From: Bacteroidota bacterium
Lineage (GTDB): Bacteria; Bacteroidota; Bacteroidia; Palsa-948
DNA length: 41,486 nucleotides
Direction: 5' to 3'
NCBI GenBank assembly: GCA_004297845.1
Contig: SCSP01000074.1
Coordinates: 1 to 41,486 of the forward strand
The notes below the pieces were generated by a model. That model ran no database searches, was not told where the DNA came from, and saw only the letters and a list, made by a program, of their open reading frames with translations. Shown piece by piece: positions 26,901 to 32,965 of this stretch. Position 1 is the first letter of the stretch, and each line of letters opens with the position of its first letter. Made by a program: the position numbers and the translations under genes.

Positions 26901-27642
26901 CGATCAGGAAATTTTCACCAAACACCCGGATGTGGTTTATCAAAGTGATGTATGGAATTACTGGGGAGGAATAGATGCCACTTTTACAAACCAAATAACT
27001 ACTTACAATACCATTTACGCAAGCGGAAATGACGATGTAAGGACAAGCAATCATGCTTCATTAATAAATTTACACGTATCCCTTGCATCATTGCTTACCC
27101 TTCAACGACCCCCTCCACAAAATAAAAACTACGATGGATATCAGCAAAGATGGAACAACGGAAAAAAAGCGGGAGAAGACCTGGTGAAAAAATTGCATAA
27201 CGGCACCATTCCCTGCCGGAAAACAACAGCCGGAGGGCAGGGCTCTATCCTGGACACCGTAGATGTGGTGGCACACAGTATGGGATATGCCTATGCCAAC
27301 GGACTCATACAGGCTTTGCGCGAAGACTGGATTCATGTGAGCAGATATTATATACTTGCACCCGAAAACCCGGGTACGGGCTTTTTACCCTCCGGGATTG
27401 ATGAAGTCTGGCAATACGGAAGTGATGAAGAGCATGACCCTGTATTTACTTTAGATGGAATTGCACCACAATGCAAAATACCCGGTATTGATCAATTTGG
27501 AAACAAAGGAGGGAGAGTATTTATTCCGGTTAATGACCAAAGCATTAAGACCGGACCTGTTGATAGTCATCTAGCGAAAAATTATGGATGGATATTAAAG
27601 AAAAATCCGGCAGATAAAGGCTATGTCAAAAAGAGAAATTAA
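23902..27642 (+). CDS. 1246-aa secreted multidomain protein: N-terminal beta modules + FN3, M43-like zinc-metallopeptidase motif, C-terminal alpha/beta-hydrolase (lipase-like) region
   Basis: FN3-like 'NLEPNTAYEARVRGKG...WSNTATFTT'. 'HELAHGAFGLEHTF' (26350-26385) plus 'NNLLDYS...LTKKQWDMM', resembling M43/pappalysin HExxH...HTF...NFMDY. 'VVAHSMGYA' (AHSMG, 27271-27285) is a nucleophile-elbow motif. Confidence 0.85.
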   Translation: MNFQKIFFFFLLFYFSSLLRRGSEGEASAQIYPVQLTAQLIPPYSGYLLDYADPTSEKLRIILQFNDFTVPQYNLRLRLEIKGNGFTIQSKQLFNPPPVVVQPGVPAMLSGTDLAPYLNSNNLDFIGINQSQYEQGKALPEGYYSLCVKAYDYYLANTQVSNEGCAQAWFTLSDPPFLNMPFCNTSVVPQSPQNILFQWTPMNMGSPNSAFSTEYDFELWEIKPDSTANPDQVVLSAPPIYKITTQQTLVNYGIAEPELTLYMKYAWRVRARDLNGYDLFKNKGYSQVCTFNYGNAGKVLDSAYALTLTAQAVTHRMGMCRWNFQKVFSNYLLQVRKQGSSNWFDHPTNLNTQKITNLEPNTAYEARVRGKGSDILTGEWSNTATFTTLKEPVYNCNDPTIPPNLLQASPLPADKAIAGLVIQTGQFEVTATEISSSGGAGWYKGKGYAKILGGFPLAVQWKSIYIDDNNRHQQGVIEAMTKGIDAWMHQWDIQEAEENSIYTNGIIDSIYINGNQVCIIIQGNTTALCYPIPPDANVLVIRDEEGNQYTVTTIPPPPKIEGPTNYLVPSADVLDATDSLKVTFSASTLQKYGFDKKEYTAYGPNYELIKLKNGKNYFVPYKSVGENQTDEVFADVLVKGFDKSLLSFKTKDGTVLTSVTGSNSTQFKVTVPDKAECVYAWYNGKKIGKLNVQSYKPVNKKLVLVPVNASSLPSLPSGGPGWAAANINWTVSTAASFTFNLGTDGLEAPDATLMTKYSSEMRALRDAYRQKDTAYDKNAYYVFVVPGFTDPNYKGYMVRGRAAGFVTANASARDLAHELAHGAFGLEHTFPQIAKGTSNNLLDYSTGTTLTKKQWDMMHTSMPVFNWLDSEEDAAILDEWKLILGILNTIKTSHQKDISVHKNGFTAPHKIVTINNVYLAGVNYQYIKLLVQYQWPWDSIHPQGNIKEVSGIYGGENLDGLDIGGNVWVFVPKNRVANMNIFLTSPADRNLLLFVGGYIPDQEIFTKHPDVVYQSDVWNYWGGIDATFTNQITTYNTIYASGNDDVRTSNHASLINLHVSLASLLTLQRPPPQNKNYDGYQQRWNNGKKAGEDLVKKLHNGTIPCRKTTAGGQGSILDTVDVVAHSMGYAYANGLIQALREDWIHVSRYYILAPENPGTGFLPSGIDEVWQYGSDEEHDPVFTLDGIAPQCKIPGIDQFGNKGGRVFIPVNDQSIKTGPVDSHLAKNYGWILKKNPADKGYVKKRN
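23947..23985. repeat. GC-rich hairpin + purine-tract mini-element, copy B (inside the signal peptide of the 1246-aa protein)
   Basis: ctctctct|tga|ggagaggg (8-bp stem with 2 G-U pairs), then tcc + gagggagagg, overlapping the palindrome agaggcctct. Translates as SLLRRGSEGEAS. Confidence 0.55.
26036..26068. repeat. GC-rich hairpin + purine-tract mini-element, copy C
   Basis: ccctccc|ttc|gggaggg (perfect 7-bp stem), then cc + ggggtggg. Translates as LPSLPSGGPGW. Confidence 0.6.
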
Positions 27643-28297
27643 TCCAACTTGCGTTCTACTTGCAGTGTCTCTGCTTTTTTGTTGCTGTGACGATAAGGAA
27701 AAAGCCAAAGTGTATTTAGAGGAAAACTACAAAAACTACAGTACCACCCATTCAATAATTATTGATTCCGTCCAAACATATTTGGATTCACTTTTGGAAA
27801 CATTCACTCCTGAATATGTTTACGGATGGACTGCTGATTCATTAGTTTGTATAAACTCTACAAATGACAAACTTTTTGCGGTTACCATTGAGAAACCAAA
27901 AGGAAAAGGGAAAGGATTTTTTGGGGAAGACGCAATGGAATTATTAGGAAAAAAAATAAATGGAAAATGGTATTTTTTCAGAGGTGGTGGCACCTTAACC
28001 ATTCCAAGAGATATGTATGGACTATCTGAATTTAATCCACCATCTGAATTTTTCCTCAGCCAAATTGCCCGAAAAAACATGCTTGAATCTGCATTGGTTA
28101 AAGAAAACGGAGAATATGTTGTAAGCGATGAATGGATAGATAATAAATTCTACAATAACGGTTACGGCTCCAATCTTTCCCGTGAAGAATACGATAAGGT
28201 TCACTGGATGCTCATTATGAGGAAGTGGAAAGAGAAAATAGATACCAATGAGTACAAACCGCTCAAAAAAAACAACTCACAAAAACCCAATACGTAA
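27623..28297 (+). CDS. hypothetical lipoprotein (224 aa)
   Basis: Signal/lipobox-like VLLAVSLLFCCC. Its start overlaps the end of the 1246-aa gene by 20 nt. Confidence 0.6.
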   Translation: MSKREINPTCVLLAVSLLFCCCDDKEKAKVYLEENYKNYSTTHSIIIDSVQTYLDSLLETFTPEYVYGWTADSLVCINSTNDKLFAVTIEKPKGKGKGFFGEDAMELLGKKINGKWYFFRGGGTLTIPRDMYGLSEFNPPSEFFLSQIARKNMLESALVKENGEYVVSDEWIDNKFYNNGYGSNLSREEYDKVHWMLIMRKWKEKIDTNEYKPLKKNNSQKPNT

Positions 28298-28301
28298 GAA
28301 T

Positions 28302-28778
28302 ATGAAAACTACAAATCTAATTTTCATTTTAGCGATCGCAGTCCTCACAATTTCGTCCTGCAAAAAAGAAAAGGAAGAGACTCCAACTACCGGAGGCGGT
28401 GGAGGCCCAACCCAGCCAACTTCCAATTATTATGTTTTTGATGGAGTAACGTATACAGGAAATCTTGGAGCTTTTACAAATTTAACCTACGCATTTGTTT
28501 GTTCCGGCCAGGGCGGTGATCCTCAACTCACACTTTATTTTTGGCCTGCCGTTCCGGGATCTCCTCCCGCAGGAACTTACCCTGTAAAAGACACTTCAGC
28601 AACATCCCCTTTAGACAGCACCAACTGTTCATTGCATATAAAGAAAGCGGGCATAGACTATTATGGTACAGGGGGAGGATATGTCGCAGTGGGCAAAAGC
28701 GGCACAAAAACCACCTATGATTTTACCGCTATTCCGCTTTCAGGCACTAAAACTGTAACTGGTACTTTTATCTATTGA
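28302..28778 (+). CDS. hypothetical lipoprotein (158 aa)
   Basis: I chose the ATG at 28302 (MKTTNLIFILAIAVLTISSCKKEKEE, lipobox ISSC), 4 nt after the previous stop. It has a Gly/Thr-rich linker and then a beta-rich body. Confidence 0.6.
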   Translation: MKTTNLIFILAIAVLTISSCKKEKEETPTTGGGGGPTQPTSNYYVFDGVTYTGNLGAFTNLTYAFVCSGQGGDPQLTLYFWPAVPGSPPAGTYPVKDTSATSPLDSTNCSLHIKKAGIDYYGTGGGYVAVGKSGTKTTYDFTAIPLSGTKTVTGTFIY

Positions 28779-28807
28779 GTGTATATTTGGCTGCTTTTTT
28801 TGACCAA

Positions 28808-31591
28808 ATGACCAGAGATCAGGCGAGAGCCACCATAGAAGGACTTGTTACACGCTTCCGAGAGCATCGCGGGGAATATCACACCGCGGACTACAACGAA
28901 ACCAAGACAAGAATCGGGTTCATCAATCCGTTTTTTCACGCCTTGGGATGGGACGTGAGCCATGAAGAAGACAGGATAGAATCCTACCGCGAAGTAATTC
29001 ACGAAGACAAAGTAAGAGTTAAGGGACAAATGAAAGCGCCCGATTACGGTTTCCGCGTAGCGGGGCAAGGTGAGAAACGTCTGTTCTTTGTTGAAGCAAA
29101 AAAGCCATCCGTTTCACTCAAGACAAACAGGGAAGCATCTTACCAATTACGCATTTACGGACGAAGCGCGCAAGCGCCCGTTTCAATCCTCACCAACTTT
29201 GAAGAATTTATAATTTACGATTGCACAAAAAGTCCTAAACAAAGCGACAGCGCGAGTTCTGCGCGCATCAAGTACATTCATTTCGAGGACTACATAAAAG
29301 AGTTTGATTTTATTTACGACACCTTTTCGCACGAAGCAGTTTACAGCGGACACTTCGATAAATTTGTTCAGAGCGACACCTACAAAAAAGGAACACAAAC
29401 GCTCGATAAAGATTTTGTTGAATCCCTCGACAGTTGGAGAAAATATCTTGCCACAAGCATTGCCCTCGAAAATAAAAAACTAAACGAGGAAGAAATAAAT
29501 TTTGTAGTTCAGCAAACTATTGACCGACTGATTTTTCTTCGCTTCTGCGAAGACCGGGGCGTGGAGCAATTTGCCCAGTTGCAAAAAGCCGTTTCACATG
29601 GCAATTCTTACGACAACTTGTATGATTTATTCAAACGTGCCGATGATAAATATAACAGCGGGTTATTTGATTTCAAGAAAGACACCATTTCGGCAAAGCT
29701 CTCCATTAACAATAAAGTCCTCAAAAAAATTATAGAGGATTTGTATTACCCTTCTCCTTACGTTTTTCGCGTAATGCCGATAGAAGTTCTCGGAAATGCT
29801 TACGAACAGTTTCTCGGAAAAGTAATCCGCATCACCTCTTCGCACAGCGCGCGCATTGAAGTAAAGCCCGAAGTGCGCAAGGCAGGCGGTGTGTATTACA
29901 CGCCTCAATACATTGTGGAGTACATCGTAAAAAATACAGTCGGAAAACTCATTGAAGGAAAAACCCCGAAAGAAATTGAGAAAATTAAAATAGTTGATCC
30001 CGCCTGCGGAAGCGGTTCATTTCTTATCGGTGCGTTTCAGTATTTGGTTCAATACCATGTCAACTGGTATCACCATCATCCCGCAGAAGCTAAAAGAGCA
30101 AAGGCCCTTGCTCCTCCCCCTTCGGGGGAGGCAGGGAGGGGGTCTGGCGGACTTACCACATCCGAGAAAAAGAAAATACTGCTCAATAATATTTTCGGAG
30201 TGGATATTGACGCAAACGCGGTGGAAGTAACCAAACTTAGTTTGCTTCTTAAATGTATGGAAGGCGAAACCGAAGCCAGCATCAAACAGCAGCTAAGTGT
30301 TTTTCACGAGCGCATTCTTCCCGATTTGGATAATAATATTAAAGATGGGAACAGTTTGATTGATACAGATTTTTTAGATGAGTTTAATTTTGGAGATGAT
30401 AAAAAAGCTAAACCATTTTCTTGGAATAAAGCATTTCCTAATGTATTTAAGCAGGGAGGATTTGATGTTGTTATTGGAAATCCACCTTACCTAAAACTTA
30501 CAGCCAATAATATTGAAGATGAAATACTGTCATACTACGAAAAGAAATATAAATCTTATTCAGGAGGAAGTTCAAAAAATTTATTTCAATTATTCTTAGA
30601 AAGGGTTGCACATTTAAAACCGAAATTTTTTTCATTTATTATTCCAGAAGCATTGCTCACAACAGAGAGTAACGGAAAAATCAGAGAAATTATTTTACAG
30701 AACTTCAACATTAATTCAGTAGTAATTTTTGATCACTTTGTATTTGAAGACGCAACGATAGGAACTACAATTGTAGTTGGAGAAAAAGAATCCAAAGAAA
30801 AAACAAAAATTGTTAAAATTGATAATCTTAAAAAACAAAACCTTCTTCAAGAAATAAGATTGAATACAGGCATTAAACCTTGGGATGTTTCTTTAGATGA
30901 TTCAAGTAAAAAGTTTTTCAAGAAGATTTTTAATTCATCGAAGTTGATGGGAGAATTAGTTGTAATGTCAAAGGGAATGGTAGTAAAAGACAGAAATGAT
31001 ATTCTTACTAGATCCCCAACAAAAAAATCTCTGCCGTTTCTATTAGGTAATTGTATGACACGATACAACTACCATTACGATAAATATGCTGAATATGACA
31101 AGCTGGATATTATCGGAGGTACAAGAGATTTAGACAAACATATTTCAATACCTCGTTTGTTAATTCGCAGAACCGGTAGTAATTTATGTGCAACTTATTC
31201 AGAAAAACAAGAACTGATTGAGAGCACAATCTATATTCTTCGCAGTGAAAAAATAAATCTGAAATTTCTTTTAGGTTTACTTAACTCCAAATTACTTTCA
31301 TTCTATTTATCAAAACGACTTATAACAAACGCACAAGGATTTCCGCAAGTGCTGATGGGACAATTAGAACAACTTCCCGTTGTAACAGCAAATGAAAAAA
31401 ATCAAAATGAAATAATAAGACACGTTGATTTACTTTTAAAGCTGAATGAAGAATTAAAAGAAGAAAAGCTCCACAATAAAATTGAGCAAACAAAACAACA
31501 CATTGCCCACAGTGAAGAAAAAATAAATGAATTGGTGTATGAATTGTATGAGCTGACACCGGAGGAAATTAAAATTGTGGAGGAGAAATGA
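28808..31591 (+). CDS. type IIG (single-chain) restriction-modification enzyme: PD-(D/E)xK nuclease + gamma-class N6-adenine methyltransferase + TaqI_C-like specificity region
   Basis: HsdR_N-like 'YNETKTRIGFINPFFHALGWDV' with D79...E96-A-K98 (APDYGF...FFVEAKK). Motif I DPACGSGSF (29996-30022). NIFGVDID. Motif IV NPPY (30479-30490). 'LLGLLNSKLLSFYL', typical of Eco57I-family C-terminal regions. I preferred the ATG at 28808 to the TTG at 28775. Confidence 0.9.
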   Translation: MTRDQARATIEGLVTRFREHRGEYHTADYNETKTRIGFINPFFHALGWDVSHEEDRIESYREVIHEDKVRVKGQMKAPDYGFRVAGQGEKRLFFVEAKKPSVSLKTNREASYQLRIYGRSAQAPVSILTNFEEFIIYDCTKSPKQSDSASSARIKYIHFEDYIKEFDFIYDTFSHEAVYSGHFDKFVQSDTYKKGTQTLDKDFVESLDSWRKYLATSIALENKKLNEEEINFVVQQTIDRLIFLRFCEDRGVEQFAQLQKAVSHGNSYDNLYDLFKRADDKYNSGLFDFKKDTISAKLSINNKVLKKIIEDLYYPSPYVFRVMPIEVLGNAYEQFLGKVIRITSSHSARIEVKPEVRKAGGVYYTPQYIVEYIVKNTVGKLIEGKTPKEIEKIKIVDPACGSGSFLIGAFQYLVQYHVNWYHHHPAEAKRAKALAPPPSGEAGRGSGGLTTSEKKKILLNNIFGVDIDANAVEVTKLSLLLKCMEGETEASIKQQLSVFHERILPDLDNNIKDGNSLIDTDFLDEFNFGDDKKAKPFSWNKAFPNVFKQGGFDVVIGNPPYLKLTANNIEDEILSYYEKKYKSYSGGSSKNLFQLFLERVAHLKPKFFSFIIPEALLTTESNGKIREIILQNFNINSVVIFDHFVFEDATIGTTIVVGEKESKEKTKIVKIDNLKKQNLLQEIRLNTGIKPWDVSLDDSSKKFFKKIFNSSKLMGELVVMSKGMVVKDRNDILTRSPTKKSLPFLLGNCMTRYNYHYDKYAEYDKLDIIGGTRDLDKHISIPRLLIRRTGSNLCATYSEKQELIESTIYILRSEKINLKFLLGLLNSKLLSFYLSKRLITNAQGFPQVLMGQLEQLPVVTANEKNQNEIIRHVDLLLKLNEELKEEKLHNKIEQTKQHIAHSEEKINELVYELYELTPEEIKIVEEK
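30113..30142. repeat. GC-rich hairpin + purine-tract mini-element, copy D (inside the R-M gene)
   Basis: cctccccc|ttc|gggggagg (perfect 8-bp stem, 3-nt loop), then ca + gggaggggg. Translates as PPPSGEAGRGSG, between methyltransferase motif I and NIFGVDID. Confidence 0.65.
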
Positions 31592-31597
31592 AAAATT

Positions 31598-31654
31598 CAA
31601 CCACTGTGTGGTTGTAATGCAGCAGATGGTTTTACCCTGCATTTTATGCAGGGT
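31598..31654. repeat. two perfect hairpins just downstream of the R-M stop codon
   Basis: caaccac-tgt-gtggttg (31598-31614, 7-bp stem) and accctgca-tttta-tgcagggt (31634-31654, 8-bp stem). Neither has a T-tail, so they are not classical terminators. Confidence 0.7.
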
Positions 31655-31837
31655 TATTCAAATTAAATCCTTTCAGGATTTGCAGGAAAATAAATATTAC
31701 AAAAAAATCCGAAGAGCTTAAATTTGCAGGGTCATTCAGATTAAACTCTTTCAGGATTTGCAGAAAAATAAATATTACTAAAAAGTCCGAAAGGTTTAAA
31801 TTTGCAGGGTCATTCAGATTAAACTCTTTCAGGATTT
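31648..31837. repeat. 78-bp tandem repeat, about 2.4 copies
   Basis: Unit A is 31648-31725 and unit B 31726-31803, both starting 'gcagggt.attca.attaaa..ctttcaggatttgcag.aaaataaatattac'. Partial unit C (31804-31837) is identical to the first 34 nt of unit B. Confidence 0.85.
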
Positions 31838-31864
31838 TGAAAAGATTTGTAAATACAGCAGGCA

Positions 31865-31951
31865 AAGCCCGAAGGGCTTGAACATGAATAACCCCGAATG
31901 AAATTCGGGGAAAGAAGACGAACAACAAAACACACAACTCCGAAGGAGTTG
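31865..31951. repeat. three GAA-triloop hairpins immediately upstream of the Y1 transposase start
   Basis: aagccc-gaa-gggctt (31865-31879), ccccgaat-gaa-attcgggg (31892-31910), caactcc-gaa-ggagttg (31935-31951). Confidence 0.7.
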
Positions 31952-31966
31952 AATAAATACGGTAAA

Positions 31967-32413
31967 ATGAGTACCTATACCCAAATCCTATATCAAATTG
32001 TTTACAGCACCAAGAACAGAGAACATACTCTTGATGCTGATAACCGCAAGGAGCTATTCAAGTATATATGGGGCATTCTGAAAAACAAAAAATGCCATTT
32101 ATACCAAATGGGAGGGGTATCCGACCATCTGCATATTGTAACGCATTTGCATCCCTCCATTGCTCTTGCTTCATTAATAAAAGATATCAAACTGGCAAGC
32201 ACTGAACATATCAAAGCTAAAAATCTTTTCCCGGCATTTGCAGGTTGGCAGGATGGCTATGGGGCTTTTACCTATTCCATTAAAGAAAAGGACAGGTTGA
32301 TTGAATATGTAAAACATCAGGAAGAACATCATAAAACAAAAACTTTCAGAGAGGAATACATTGAACTACTGAAAGAACATGGGATTGAATTTGATGAAAA
32401 ATACTTGCTGTAA
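31967..32413 (+). CDS. IS200/IS605-family Y1 (HUH) transposase, RAYT-like (148 aa)
   Basis: 'MSTYTQILYQIVYSTKNRE' N-terminus. HUH motif DHLHIV (H54-L-H56, 32126-32134). C-terminal helix 'IEYVKHQEEHH' with the candidate catalytic Tyr114. I chose the ATG at 31967 because the track's 31898 extension runs through the hairpins. Confidence 0.9.
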   Translation: MSTYTQILYQIVYSTKNREHTLDADNRKELFKYIWGILKNKKCHLYQMGGVSDHLHIVTHLHPSIALASLIKDIKLASTEHIKAKNLFPAFAGWQDGYGAFTYSIKEKDRLIEYVKHQEEHHKTKTFREEYIELLKEHGIEFDEKYLL

Positions 32414-32420
32414 AAACATT

Positions 32421-32515
32421 CAACCGCTTTGCGGTTGTGTGGTGTGCGGCATTGTTATTCACCGCATTGTATGCGGTGTTATTCACATTTGACCTTCGGT
32501 CGCAACCTGCGGTTG
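32421..32515. repeat. REP-like hairpin cluster downstream of the Y1 transposase
   Basis: caaccgc-ttt-gcggttg (32421-32437), caccgcat-tgt-atgcggtg (32460-32478), caacc-tgc-ggttg (32503-32515). Confidence 0.7.
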
Positions 32516-32550
32516 TCTTCGGGATTAAACAATAGAATTCGAAAAATAAA

Positions 32551-32952
32551 ATGAGCATCGAAATCCAAATACGCCAAGCACTTGAACGCGCAGAAGAATA
32601 TATTGCGTATCTCGCTACCAGACCCGATAAGGAACTTGCCAAAAGGCTTGATATTTTTCATAAGCAATTCATAATCGCTGAAAAAGAAAAACTCACATCT
32701 TCCCTTGAACTGTTAGAAATATGGCGCAGTCAGACAATTCAGGCGCGGATTCGCAAAGCCGAAAATAATATTGCCGATGTACCGAGCGAAATGGAACTGG
32801 CTATTGCCGACATGGAATCCTTTGAAGAAAAAGCAGAACAGCGTCAGGAAATATTGAATGAAGCAAGTTCTACTGTTATTGAAGAAGCGGAGCAACCTCA
32901 AGAAAAAGAAAAGAATTCTCCCGATAATCCCGAACAGCTTTCACTGTTTTAA
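32551..32952 (+). CDS. hypothetical helical protein with acidic C-terminal tail (133 aa), first gene of a three-gene operon
   Basis: ATG ORF with heptad-like helical sequence. The tail is ...VIEEAEQPQEKEKNSPDNPEQLSLF. A 13-nt gap separates it from the next gene. Confidence 0.6.
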   Translation: MSIEIQIRQALERAEEYIAYLATRPDKELAKRLDIFHKQFIIAEKEKLTSSLELLEIWRSQTIQARIRKAENNIADVPSEMELAIADMESFEEKAEQRQEILNEASSTVIEEAEQPQEKEKNSPDNPEQLSLF

Positions 32953-32965
32953 ATAAAAAAGAAAA

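Noticed and set aside
31648-31837. A CRISPR array
   Set aside because: The 78-bp units are directly abutting with no unique spacers, are far longer than CRISPR repeats, and no cas genes are present.
31644-31937. 97-aa minus-strand ORF
   Set aside because: It is a translation artefact of the tandem repeat (duplicated ILKEFNLNDPANL peptide) and spans hairpin DNA, with no independent coding signal.
32346-32642. 98-aa minus-strand ORF
   Set aside because: It runs antisense through the transposase 3' end, the REP-like hairpins and the 5' end of the operon's first gene, and its peptide is low-complexity (NNTAYNAVNNNAAHHTTA).
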